DNA from: Octopus sinensis
Lineage: Eukaryota
Length of the DNA stretch: 64,000 nt
Direction of reading: 5' to 3'
Assembly: GCF_006345805.1 (NCBI RefSeq)
Contig: NC_042997.1
Span: forward strand, 117,242,001-117,306,000
In this document: in pieces, positions 1 to 13,285 of the stretch
How the letters are laid out: the number at the start of each line of letters is the position of its first letter
Numbering within the stretch: the stretch's first letter is position 1
Notes under the pieces: model-generated
Databases searched by the model: none
Told to the model about the DNA's origin: nothing
The model's input: only the letters and a program-made list of their open reading frames with translations
Translations under genes and position numbers: made by a program

Positions 1-756
1 TAGTGAACTATCTGCGTATCGATCAAGCAATCTCTTGAGAAGCGAATGATGAATGGATAATAAATATATCATCCGTTTGTCGTTCCGTTGATAGAAACGG
101 AGACGAAGGAGGAAATTGCTTTAGATGTCCTCTCTGGTGTTTAAAGTCATGGGCGAAATTCTGTCAAAGTAGTTATAGAATAATTAAATAACTGCGCTAA
201 TTGGCATTTCTTGTTTGTTCTTGAACAGCACAGAGAGCTAGAATGGTAACTCAATATACAATCATTATGTAGCTAACACTCTGAAATAATCAAATTCTAG
301 AGTCTTAGGTGTATGTAGGCAACATACTTAATCCCTGTTTCTGTAGCATCACACGAACGATAAATCTCTTCCAGGAGAGCGCGTCTGTCTGCAAGAGCAG
401 ATAACTTATGCAGAATTTTCTAATATGCGTAGGTGGACAAAGCCACTGAGCATGATATATTAGTCAAGCATATTATTACACGTGAGTTGCGGAGAATATT
501 TACGGCTCATTCTTCCCTTTTATTTTCTGATATGATGACCTAGCTACTTAATATTTGCACATTAAGAAAATGTATTACCTCAAGAAGATCAATATGCAGA
601 GATAATTTTCGAACCAGTCTTGAAGGTGATTTTTTCGTGTAACTGGAGGTGTTTGGTTTCACTTTACGGAAGTATCTTCTTTTAAGTGCTGCGTCACTAT
701 AGTGTGTTTATATGACTTTTCTGTGAGTAAAGGTGATATTATCATTAATAAAAAAA

Positions 757-1190
757 AGCAGCAAGCTGGTATTATCGTTAGCACGCTAGACGAAATGCTT
801 AGAGGCATTTCCGTCCTTCCTTACGTTCTGAGTTCAAATTCCATCGAGGTCGACTTTGCCTTTCTTCCTTTCGGTGTCAATAAAGTAAGTACCAGTGAAA
901 TACTGGGTAGATGTAATCGACTAGTCCCCTCCCCTAAAACTTCAGGTCTTGTGCCTTTAGTAGAAATTATTATCAAAAAGACGGCAAGCTGGCAGAAACG
1001 CTAGCACGCCGAGGAAAATGCTTAGCGGCATTTCGTCCATCTTTGTTCTGAGTTCAAATTTCACCGAAGTCCTCTTTGCTTTTCATCCCTTCGGGGTCGA
1101 TATAATAAGTACCATTTGAGCACTGGGGTCAGTTTAATCGACTGAACCCCTCTCCCAAACTTGTTGGCTTTGTGTCAAAATTTGAAACCC
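757..1190 (+). mobile_element. SINE family A (tRNA-like head plus Meta-like domain), tandem dimer
   Basis: Head ggcgagctggcagaaacgttagc, B-box-like gagttcaaattcc, core gcctttcatcctttcggggtcgataaa..agtacc. Two units with different tails. Confidence 0.75.
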
Positions 1191-2206
1191 AGATTAGTTT
1201 ATATGTTCGTTATTTAAACTCTCGTCACCTTTTCTCAATGTGATTGGGGAAATCACCAACCTTTCAAAGCTTGTTTTCCATCGCTATTTATACACTAGTT
1301 CTCTGGATGTTACGAGCTGCGATTTCATCGCGATAAATATGATAAATGTCATATTCAACGACTGAAAGTTTCTAAGAAGCAAAACGAGAAGAAAAAAAAG
1401 TGAAAATGTTGATCAAATGATATTAGAAAATTCAGTGGCTTCGTTTTTTATTTTCTCTAATATGGCACATTTAGGTATTTAAAACATTTACAAAAGATTA
1501 ACAAAATATAAAGATAATGAATACCAACTTACGATGTAGTAATAAGTGTTCTCAGATTTGAAACTTAAAATTTACTTCTAAGACAAGACATTACTATTTG
1601 AAAGATAATAGTGTGTCGGTTCTACTTGATAATAACCTTTCAAAGAATTATGAGAAATTATAAGAATTCTTTGATATTAAGCTGGTTTGAAAATAAAGTA
1701 AGATATTATATCAATGTGTATTTGGTTCCTTGATTAAATCTTATTTCCAAAATAAACAGATACTTCTTAAAATATTTATCTTCAGATTCCCATTATCCAA
1801 GGTGTTTGTGAATGTGTGTAAAAGTAAGTTTGTGTGCATGTGTCTGTGGTTGTTTGACTTTGTATTTAGCTGCACGTATATATGCGTCAATATTTGTGTA
1901 GTTGAGTTTATTTGCTTGTGAGGTATGTGAATGTGGTTGTTTGCACATATTGTGTGATTGGTTACATTTGTTTCTATATGTATGAGGTTGTATATGTTTG
2001 GCGATGTAATGTGCAAAGAAGACCACGCCTCGCGTCTAAACAGAAAGTAACATGAAACCCTGCTGTCATGCTTCATCATAAGTTTGTCGTTTAATGTCAC
2101 TACAGAGACACCTATGTCTCTGAAAATCCCTAAACATATCCGAAAAGGCATTTACTTCATTTTCTAGCTCATACTATTATCACCAATTATATTTACATAT
2201 ATATAT

Positions 2207-2600
2207 GCAGGCGTGGATATGTGGTAAGAAGCTTGCTTCCCAACCACATGGTTCCTTGTGAGAGGATTTGATAAACGGAAACTGAAGGAAGCCCGTCGTA
2301 TATATATATATATGTATGTATGTTTGTATGTATATGTATGTGTGTGTATGTGAATATATATATTTGTGTTTGTGTCTGTTTGTCCCCCGCCATTGCTTGA
2401 CAACCGATGTTGGTGTGTTTATGTCCCTGTAACCTAGTGGTTCGGCAAAAAAGAACGATAGAATAAGTACTAGGCCTTACAAGTTCTGGGGTTGATTAGA
2501 ATAAGTACCAGACGAAATATATGTACTAGGGTTCGATTTTTTAAAGTGGTGCTCCGGGATGGCCGCAGTCAAATGACTGAAACAAATAAAGCAATACAAG
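2207..2600 (+). mobile_element. SINE family B (tRNA-like head, CORE-like segment, internal microsatellite, CR1/L2-like tail)
   Basis: Homologous to 39786-40195; tail ggtgctcc..atggccgcagtcaaatgactgaaac. Confidence 0.75.
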
Positions 2601-2612
2601 AATAGATAGATT

Positions 2613-2647
<35 letters not shown>

Positions 2648-3953
2648 TTCAGGATGGGGAGGGAAACTGGCCCCGTAAGCCTCTTGGCTGGAGTTTTCTG
2701 GGTGTCTAGCTAGTTGGTTAGGCAGAAATAACAAAACAAAAAAGAGACGGCAAATGAATCTTGGTTGGAATTACTTTCGGTAAAATAGCAATAAATATAA
2801 ATCTATAAGTGCTTTAATAGTGAGAAAAGTGTATACATCAATGTAGCTTGTTAACTCCCAAGAAATCACATGCCAAAACAGGTGGGTAGTGAAATGTTCC
2901 TGGCATTGGGAAAAAGAAAATGCCGGAGAATCAGTTAATTATGATTCTACTCAACATATTCCTCTCTCAGATTCACACATGTATTGCAGCTGTCCTTCAA
3001 TTTTTCTAAGCCCTATAAAAGAACTAGGAAAATTGGACCTCCAACCATGCCTTTCGCGAGCACCCTTCGTATTATATAATAATTTGACACCTATAATCTG
3101 ATTTCATTTTCTGTTAAGAATTTATTCATTATTAATTTGGAGAAAAAATCTGCAACATCTCACAGTTGGGTAACATATATGATGGTAGTTTTGAAATCGA
3201 ATATTTTAAGAGCTTATCTAATCTTTAAAACATCAATTACTCTGACTACGGACATCGCTTCTAGTATAACGTGCGCTAATCATGAACACTGCAGCCTTTA
3301 TTTATCTTTTATTTAATTTTTTTTTTTTTTTTTTGTATTTCTAAAAAAAATATATTAAGTTGATTTATAAGTTCATGAAAATACTTTTTTTATAAAATGG
3401 TTTAAGGCAATTTTGATATTGAAATTCAACTCCTTGTCAAATCTCTGATTTCAATGCTAGAAATGAAAACTAGTCTGCCAATAAAATATATCGTGCGATT
3501 ATATATATCATTGCTATTATGTTAAACAACTGTATGTCCAAATTTGGCCAAATGCGTTCTTTCAATATTTATTTTTGCTTACAATAGGCGTTTACTTCGG
3601 TTAAACTATCGTATCTCCTGCTGCTTCAGATGCCAAGATATCAAAAATTGTCGAAGTGTAGTACAACAGTTTGGCTATGGAATGGTGAAGCTATATTTTC
3701 GTTTTCTGAAAATGCAACGTTTTAGACTTACGACACTTTTGCATAATAGCAATGATTATATATATATATATTCTCTATTCTCAGGTCAGAGCTGCGGCCA
3801 TGCTGACACACCGCCGTTTATATATATATATATATATATATACATATATATAGTAGCTGGTTTTAAATCTCTGAAGGGATACACGTAGTAACAGTATTAA
3901 ACAGTAAAGGCTGTTATCACTTTCACATGTATAATGTGTGTGTGTGTGTGAGC

Positions 3954-4016
<63 letters not shown>

Positions 4017-4027
4017 TGTGTGTGTGT

Positions 4028-4476
4028 GTGAGTCCGGCTGTGTGGTAAGCAGCTTGCTTCCCAGTCACACGGCGTAGTATCTTGGGCAAGTGTCTTCTTC
4101 CATAATCTCGGCCCGACCAAAGCCTTGTGAATGGACTTGATAGACAGAAACTAGAAGTCCGTCGACTACTTATTCTATCGTTCTCTTTGGCTGAACTGCT
4201 AAGCTATGGGGATGTAAACACACCAACATCGCTTGTCAAGCAACGATGGTGTTACAAACACAGACACATAAACATATATATATATATATATACACACACA
4301 CGCACACATACATATATATACGACGGGCTTCTTCCAGTTTCCGTCTATCAAATTCATTCCCAAGGTTTTGGTCGACTCGAGGCTATAGTAGAAGACACTT
4401 ACCCAAGGTAAGTGGGACTGAACCCGGGACCATGTGGTTGGTAAGCAAGCGACTTACCACACAGCCATTCCTGCGC
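4028..4476. mobile_element. Two partial family B SINEs in opposite orientation
   Basis: 4028-4150 (+) and 4170-4476 (-). Confidence 0.7.
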
Positions 4477-5539
4477 CTATATATATCCATAGACATGCAC
4501 ACAAAAATAGACATATACACTATGCATATACAAATATATACATAATATATATGTATAAATATGTATGTTTGTGTGTATGCATATATATCAGATATTATAT
4601 ATATTGTTATTCAAATAAATGCAAATTGTTCTCTATAGAAAAAACAATGGATCGTAAATATTTTTTTCTCTCTGGCTTATATACATAGTCATGATCTCCT
4701 CGCTTGTAAACTGCATCAACTAGCATAAATCTATTGCAAATTTTTTAGTAATGGAAATCACTTTAACACAGTGTATGTTTAAATTATATTTACTAGGAAT
4801 TGTCGACACTAAAAATACAATTTACAGCACTTTTGTAAGATAACAGATTTAAATATTTGTTAATATTCATAACGTTTCATTTTATATCGATGTAGGGGTT
4901 GTATTTGCAATTTTACGACGTGCCCAACATTTATAGACTCCATGGTTAAAGCTGGCAAAACAGTAACAATAAATAGTTGTTTATTCGTTTATTTAAAAAA
5001 AATTTTATTTATTTATTTATTTATTTTTTAGCGGTGGGAAAATGTAGAAAAATAGCTGACGTTATCTTTTGCTGAAGCAGCAGATTAAAGACTGAATTTT
5101 TAACTAAAACATTCTCTGCTGATTGGATGTTCTGTTAATTAGTTAAATGCCCGACAGGAGAGTATTTAAGCGTTGTTGTTTTTCCATCTCCTGAAAATTC
5201 ATGATTTGTTTTTGTTGGTGCTCGTGTTGGGGGCATTTCTTTTGTTGGTCACGAATACTGCTGTTAATATTAGTGTGGGGCTGATGTTGGAGGCGCGCTG
5301 TCGTTGTTGGGGACGGGGTGTTCTTGATTATGGTGGAGATGTAGGTTTTGCTGTTCGTTGTGCTTGAGATATGGGTCTCGCATTTGGTTATAGTAGAGAT
5401 ACTGGTTCTGCTTTAGGTTGAAGGGTGGGTTTTGTTGTTGTAGTTTTTGTTGTTGTTATCATTGGTGAAGCAGATTCAACACACGTAGATTATCGATGGA
5501 ATGACCAGGCTCGATCCATGATTCCAGTGCTACAGATAA

Positions 5540-6147
5540 TTCCTTGAAATTTTGTGGGGAGGGGACTAGTCGATTACATCAAGCACAATATTTCACTGGT
5601 ACTTAATTTATTGACCCCGATAGGATGAAGGGCAGAGTCGACCTCGGCGGAATTTGAATTCAGAACGTAACCGCAGAAATACCGTTAAGTATTTCGCCCC
5701 GCGTGCTAACGTTTCTGCCAGCTCACCGCCTTGATCTCCACTAAATTAATGTTTTCTACTCTAGGCACAAGGCCCGAAATTTTGGGGGAGAGAGACAGGC
5801 TATTAGATCGACTCCAGTACGCAGCTGGTACTTAATTTATCGACCCCGAAAAATGAAGGGCAGAGTCGACCTCGGCGGAATTTGAACTCAGAACTAAGCG
5901 GCAGACGAAATACCTATTTCTATACTACTCACAAGGGGCTAAACACAGAGGGGACAAACAAGGACAGACAAACGGATTAAGTCGATTACATCGACACCAG
6001 TGCGTAACTGGTACTTAATTTATCGACCCCGAAAGGATGAAAGGCAGAGTCAACCTTAGCGGAATTTGAACTCAGAACGTGGCGGCAGACGAAATACCGC
6101 GAAGCATTTCGCCCGGCGCGCTAACGACTCTACCAGCTCGACGCCTT
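5540..6147 (-). mobile_element. SINE family A cluster (three units)
   Basis: Three copies of the core. An imperfect TSD gat(c/t)tccactaaa(t/c)taatgt flanks 5754-6147. Confidence 0.8.
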
Positions 6148-6671
6148 GATTTCCACTAAACTAATGTCAATACTACGACTCTCGACATTCAGTAATTGAT
6201 CACATCATTTTCTCTGTTGTCTTGACATTTCCCGTATGCCTACTGAGCTACATCAAAGGTGAGAAATGGACTAAGTAGAACCAGGACATTTACTATTCCT
6301 GTGTTTAGGTCTGATTGCCGTAGCTGTTCATTGATATTTGCGTAATGATGAAATGAAATAAATGTGGATGCCACGTGTGGAGATGACTGTGTCTATGTAT
6401 TTCTTTCGGTTTAGTTAAGCTGTATATGAATATATGTTAAGAAATATAGGCGAAAAAACTCATCCTTGCGGTACATCGTGTGTTTTGTTAAGTTCGCACA
6501 CTATAAAGAGAAAAAGAAAATTTTCAGCATTGTCTCATCGTCTGAGAGATTCTGAGAGAGACTAAAAGAAAACATTTTATGAAAATATTTTTGTATATAT
6601 TTGCCAGTCAAATCCAATCATATTCCGCCGCTCCTCACGAAATACAAACAAATAAAAAATCACCAACTTTA

Positions 6672-6895
6672 TTATTTCTTTACTGCCCACAAGGGGCTAC
6701 ACATAGAGAGGACAAACAAGGACAAACAAACGGATTAAGTCGATTATATCGAACTCAGTGCGTAACTGGTACTCATTTAATCGACTCCGAAAGAATGAAA
6801 GGCAAAGTCGAACTCGGCGGAATTTGAACTCAGAACGTAGCTTCAGACGGAATACTGCTAAGCATTCCGCCCGGCGTGCTAGATACCCCGCCACC
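6672..6895 (-). mobile_element. SINE family A
   Basis: Homologous to the other copies. Confidence 0.8.
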
Positions 6896-7383
6896 CGTTT
6901 CATGATATTTATAGACACGAATTATATCTCTACTGTTTCGTACAGAGAAATTGGTAATCTCAGAAATAATTCAACAGTGATAATTTTGGATTGTTTTAAT
7001 GGTGTGTTTTATTTATCTTCTTTCTTTCTCTATAAATAGGAAACAGAGTCGAAAACGTTGCTGATTTAAAAGGCAATGGTGTGTCGAGGGTGTTTTATTG
7101 TTGAATCTTGATGGATTAATCATTTATTCATTGTATCAGGTTTGTAAGTAATGATGTGGTTGAGCATAGAGTTTATTCATGTCATAAATATTTGTCATCC
7201 CAATGGAGTTTTGATGATTTCTAACTGCTTTGAACTGATATAAATTGCTATACGAAACGACAGTGTAAATGTAAACAAATATTGCTGTCAAAATATTGTA
7301 CAACTTCTATTCATTGTAATAAAGTTATTAACCACCATATTCTCTTTGCAGGCAGGCAACGGGTTGATAATTTTGATAATATC

Positions 7384-7464
7384 ATGCCGTCAAAATCAAC
7401 ACGTGAAAAGCGATCTACGGGGAGACTGAATTTCGGCGAGAAGTCTAATGGTGTTGGACGTTCG
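7384..7464 (+). CDS. Probable first coding exon of a TRPC-family channel gene (MPSKSTREKRSTGRLNFGEKSNGVGRS)
   Basis: Polypyrimidine tract plus TTTGCAG acceptor ending at 7351, ATG at 7384, exactly 27 codons, then a strong donor G|GTGAGT at 7465. Phase 0 matches the exon at 39518. The link between the two exons is inferred. Confidence 0.6.
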
Positions 7465-7832
7465 GTGAGTAAGAATTGTCTTATGGTTATTCACAGACAT
7501 TATACGCTAATCATTCTTTGATCTGCTTCACCGTTGCCATATTCCGGTCTCAGTTAAGCTCAATCTCTAAAGAATAACTTATCGATTTTAATTGATCAAT
7601 AATACAATTATTTAATCATTTTCGTAGTTAACGATTGTTTTCTAACAATTGTTCTCAGAATTAAATTGCCTCCACAAGCAATGACTCTTTTTTTTAATGG
7701 TTTAGAATGCAACAAAGGTTATGATTATGGAATCTCGAAACCGCGCGCGCGCACACACAGATACAGAGGGGCAATTATGCGGATTAACAAATTAAAAATA
7801 ACAGCTTGGGTTTGATATACAATGTGTGTGTG

Positions 7833-7874
<42 letters not shown>

Positions 7875-8144
7875 GTGTGTGTGTGTGTAGATGCAAATAG
7901 AAAGAAAGCAAAGACTGAAGCTTTTCAGACGATGAATATTTAAGGATGTATGTATATAAGTATGTATGTATATAAGTGTGTATGGATAGATAGATAAATA
8001 GATAGATAATCAAACTTACACAGAGTACAAACGGCAGAGAAAATTGAAGCGGTGGGAATAAGGTGTTAAAGACATCGGAGTCTAAGCTCGAATCATTTGA
8101 GTACTGCTGTTTTCTTTACTGAGAATATCTGTATCTCATCTGTT

Positions 8145-8185
<41 letters not shown>

Positions 8186-8209
8186 TATTATATATATATA
8201 TATATACCT

Positions 8210-8437
8210 ATTTATTTATTACCCACAAGGGGCTAAACACAGAAGGGACAAACAAGGACAGACATAGGTATTAAGTCGATTATATCGACCCCAGTGCGTA
8301 ACTGTACTTAATTTATCGACCCCGAAAGGATGAAAGGCAAAGTCGACCTCGGCGGAATTTGAACTCACAACGTAACGCAGACGAAATACCGTTAAGCATT
8401 TCGCCCGGCGTGCTAACGTTTTGCCAGCTCGCCGCCT
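8210..8437 (-). mobile_element. SINE family A in (TA)n
   Basis: Full-length homology to the other copies. Confidence 0.8.
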
Positions 8438-8476
8438 TATATATATATATATATATAGAATATTATATAATATATA

Positions 8477-8558
<82 letters not shown>

Positions 8559-8634
8559 TAATATATATATATATATATATATATTTGTATATATATATAT
8601 ATATCTATATATTATATTATATATATATATATCA

Positions 8635-9270
8635 TGGGTACAGGACGTCAAAAAAGGTGAACAAAATGAGGAAAAAAGAACATATAAAACGAAAACATCG
8701 TAAAGGAACTTTTTTTCGAATAACGAAAGAAACAAATAGAGAAACGAAACGAGAGAGGCAACATAAAGAACATTCTCTTCATCAATTGTCCCCTGTTTTA
8801 TCTACTCCACTTTTTGAATGTAGGGACAAGACGCGACTTCGTTAAAAGAGTCCTTCCTGCAAAGCAAATTTTAAAAAATTTGCGGATTTGCGGAGGGTTA
8901 AAGTTGTGACAAAAACAGGACAGTGAGAACAAAGTAGTAAAAACAAACGGTAAGTGGTGAACGCTGGCGAAACGAACATTGAGAAGAGACAGGCAAAAGC
9001 ACGCCTTGTCTTTAGGAAGGAAATGGAAGAAAGAAAGATAGATAGCCGTTGGTCATATGTGAGCAACGAGAGAGTCAAGTAGGAAGAGTGAGAGAGAGAG
9101 GGGGAACGGTGAAGGGGAGAGGAGAAGATTTAGAGAAAGGGTGGGAGTGAAACAGAAAGAAAGGAGAATAAGAGATGGAGATAGAATAGAGATAGGTTGT
9201 AGAGTGCGCATCGGAATTATTAAGATAAAAGTTACTTGGAAATGAATGTGTGGCGTTTGATCATGTAATA
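8635..9270 (-). mobile_element. Possible decayed PLE 3'-UTR/pLTR remnant
   Basis: Embedded in long (TA)n tracts, with purine-skewed composition like the other PLE UTRs. No clean HHR. Confidence 0.3.
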
Positions 9271-9359
9271 ATATATATATATATATATATAATATATATA
9301 TATAGTGTGTTGTGTGTGTGGTGTTGTGGTGTGTGGTGCATACGTACATATATATATAT

Positions 9360-9408
<49 letters not shown>

Positions 9409-9467
9409 TATAGAATATATATATATATATATATATATATCATTATATATATATGCATATGTAATAC

Positions 9468-9502
<35 letters not shown>

Positions 9503-9682
9503 TATGTACATACGTACATATATATACTATATATATATATATATATGCATATGTACATACGTACATATACATATTTATATATATATATATGCATATGTAT
9601 ACGTACATTATCTAATGCAATGTACGAACAACGAAAGAAGGAAATAGAGAAATGAGACAGGCAACATATATATGTGTGTGTA

Positions 9683-9715
<33 letters not shown>

Positions 9716-10307
9716 ATACACTACGAGCTTCCTCATAGTCTTCACAAAGTATTGGTCGTGCCTGGGACTATAGTGAAAGACAATTACCAAAAATGCCATG
9801 CAGTGGGACTGACCCCCCCCCCAAAGGTTGTGCTTGCGAAGCAAATCTGTTTCACGGTGTCACGCATTTATTTCTTATTTGTGTATCTGTAAGTATGCAA
9901 AGGTGGCTTAACTCTCTATAAGCAAAACGTAGAAACTGAGAGAAGAAATCATTAAAAGCAATACAACAACAACAACAAAGAAAAAAGAGAGAATGTGAAA
10001 ACATTGGTATATCACGGTATCGCGCTAGTGAACAAACATATTAGCGGGTGTTATACACGGCTAGTCACAATGCGCTTCACATTGTTCTAGCATTCGAATG
10101 ATGCCACTCCGCTGGTTTAGCGAGCAGACCAACATTCAGTAGACCATTCCGTTGCAGGGTTACCCACTTAGAGCCGGGTGGACTGGTGCAACGGGAAATG
10201 AAGTGTTTTGCTCAAAAACACAACACACTGCTCGTTCCGGGAATAGAGCCCAGGGACTGGCAATCCTGAGTGCAACACCATCAACATTAGGCCATACATA
10301 TATATAC

Positions 10308-10341
<34 letters not shown>

Positions 10342-10629
10342 TAGATATTGTAACATCAGTCAGCGACATAATAAGTTTATAGTGAGACTAATGGCCACAG
10401 AACTGTTGCTATAACTATTTCTGCTTCAGCAAATCTCATGCTGTCAGCCACTTAGTAAAGCATTGAACCGTTTGATGCTTCTAATTTATGCGCATACATT
10501 AACGGATATGATGTTGATAAACTCTTTCTGCTGAGTAGAAACATCAGAGGATATGTGCATAAACGAAATGTTTTAAATGTGATCAATATCTATATCAGAT
10601 TTGTTTCCAATGTGCAAACGAGAGTGATG

Positions 10630-11065
10630 GGAATGGTTGAGATGGTGATGGTTATGGTGAGGATGGAGGCGGTGAGGTTGAGGTGGTGGTGATGGTAGTG
10701 GCGGTGATGGCGATCGTTTAGTATGTGTAAATGGGGTGTTAGTGACAGTAATGGTTGATGTGATGGTTAATGATGATGAGGAGGAGGAGAATGAAGAGAA
10801 GGGGGAATGAAGAAGAGGGGAGAATGAAGAGGAGAGGAGAATGAAGAAGAGGGGAGAATGAAGAGAAGGGGAGAATGAAGAGAAGGGAAGAATGAAGGGG
10901 AGGGGAGAATGAAAAGAAGAAAGAGAGTGAAGAGGAGGAGAGAGGAGGAAGGTGAAGAGAAGGAGGGGAAGAGGAGGTGGAGAATAAAGAGGAGAAGAGA
11001 AGAAGTTTGAAGAGAAGAAAAAGACTCAGATGATGACGATGAAGAACAAGAAAAAGAAGAAGTAG
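10630..11065. repeat. (GGT/GAT)n followed by a purine-rich repeat (GAATGAAGAGAAGGGGA-like unit)
   Basis: Seen directly in the sequence. Confidence 0.8.
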
Positions 11066-11383
11066 AATGCGATTTCTTTCTAAATCTTCAAATGGGCCGA
11101 AATCCAGGAAGTCATTTATAAAACAATCTGAAAGCATAACAGTGATTGAGCTATTATTACTTGCTAGAAATAGCATCTAAATGTCCCTCCCTTATACACA
11201 GATTGTTTGTTTTTTTGTGTGTTTTTTTAAAGGGAGCCTGTCTCTGGAAAATGCAGTCTTAGATATGAAAAATCATGACGTGACGGCCATAGCTGGAATC
11301 TTGTTGATCATTATAGTCTGCTAGATAATATTGTCCAAGGATTAAATAACAACAATAATAAAGGATAGGCGAATAAAAGATGA

Positions 11384-11585
11384 GATGATTCGAATATCAA
11401 TAGTGATGTTCCGAATAACTGACGAGATGTTCCGAGTAACTGACGAAATGATCCAAATAACTAACGGGATGTTCCGAATAATAGGTGAGATTTCCCTGAT
11501 AACAGACGAGATGTTTCGAACAAGAGACCAGATGATCTGAATAAAAGAGAAGAGCGACTACAGTGACATACTGTTTCTGAATAAA
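11384..11585. repeat. 21-bp minisatellite, about 8-9 degenerate copies
   Basis: Unit GATGTTCCGAATAACTGACGA repeated with no spacers. Confidence 0.8.
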
Positions 11586-12857
11586 AGTCGCAATGATCAC
11601 GGCTTGAACGTCTTCTCTCGTGGGTTTTATTAACCAGAATTTCTCCTGGGTTGAACAACTAGAACAAAACTGAAGATATTCTTCGGAATATAAATATCAA
11701 TTACCATTAAATTCGTTTCTCTCCATGTTGCGTTTAAAACACAACCAATATTACTGGGACCAATTCTTTCACAATGGCTAAAAACGCTGGAAAACTAACG
11801 AAAGTATGACATATAAAAACTAAAGAATGCATGAAATAACGTTTAATTTCTAAACAAAATCAAGTATTTTACCAAACCAGATTGAAAGATAAATGTTAGA
11901 TGAATAGTATAAAGCTACGTTTGTCCACAATAGTGATTGATCCTACCAGTCAATTCATGGCAATTTTTTGGCTTTTGTCTTTTCTGATAATCGCAAATGC
12001 AGAGAACAATTATATTCAATGACGTCTTTCAAATGTTGTTTTCAGATTTTCTGTGAAACTCTGAACTCTAATTTATAAATGTAAATAATATAATCTTAAA
12101 AGAAATTTGTAAATGCGGTTTTGTATTGTATTTGAATACATATTTTTTTCTGTTATCAATAAGCTTGTTCTTGTAATGAAATGAAAATAGAAGTGAGGTT
12201 ATATTTAAAATGATATAAATACCAATGAGATAAAAATTTTGACATGTTGTTTCCCATTATTTACTTTTCACAAATCACCAATTTTTTCCACCAAAAGTTC
12301 GCAGCATTTTAATAAATTATAATTTCGCTTATAGAAAATATATAATTGTCTACACTTTACAAAGAGAAAAACTATTTTCCTTCCAATTCCGTTATTTGCT
12401 AATACATATTGTAATTACAAATTCCCTCTTCACAAATAAAAGAAAGTATTTGTTTTCTTTTATGAAATTTCATTATTTTTCTCTATAATTTTACTAGTCT
12501 TATTCTGTCCCTACGGATAAGTGTAGAGCTTTATAATAGTAGATACTGCCATGTATAACAAAGTAAACAAGAGATAGATGTGTCTTATACATATATATAT
12601 ATATACGCACAAAGAAAAACATGCAAATATACATATCTAAAAACCTATGAACGAATGCTCCTTTCTATTTTTCTTACAAAGATACAAAGTCCCATCGTTA
12701 GAATGTGGACAACAAAATTAAATTTGGATTTTGATCTTGAGAAAAGTTTTGCATATTTTTACTGTTCTGCTTACAAATTGCATTTACTGGTTGATTTTTC
12801 TGACAACTCTAGCTTTACCAGATTGTCAGTTAGGCATTTAAAACCAAATGTGTGTGC

Positions 12858-12903
<46 letters not shown>

Positions 12904-12930
12904 TATATATTTATTTATACATACATATAT

Positions 12931-13089
12931 AATTTAGGGTTTAGTAGCAAGTTACTTTACCACATACCGAAAATTTAGAAATAGAAGCCAATGACAGCTA
13001 ATTCTTTTCATTACAGAATTAGCTGTCTTTGGCTGCTATTTCTAAATTTTCGGTATGTGGTAAAGCAACTTGTTACTAAACCCTTAATT
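12931..13089. repeat. Long hairpin (~75-bp arms, ~9-nt loop)
   Basis: aatttagggtttagtagcaag...gctaattct / agaattagc...cttgttactaaacccttaatt, with few mismatches. Confidence 0.9.
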
Positions 13090-13285
13090 ATATTTATAAA
13101 AAACACTTTTTGTAAAAGTTTCTACCGATAATGGTTCTTTTTCCATACTGAAACTACTTGGTAAAATTTATTAATTATTAAATTAATAATTCTTTACCCT
13201 ATATCTGTATGTATAGCTCTCGGCTCTTCGTTCCCTCCAACGGAGCGCTGACATTATCATCAAACTGGCTGACAAGGGTGGAGCT

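Noticed and set aside
5170-5470. G/T-skewed segment resembling antisense low-complexity coding sequence
   Set aside because: Stops on the minus strand, and no recognisable motif or splice signals.
11384-11585. CRISPR-like periodicity
   Set aside because: Contiguous degenerate units with no unique spacers, in a eukaryotic context.
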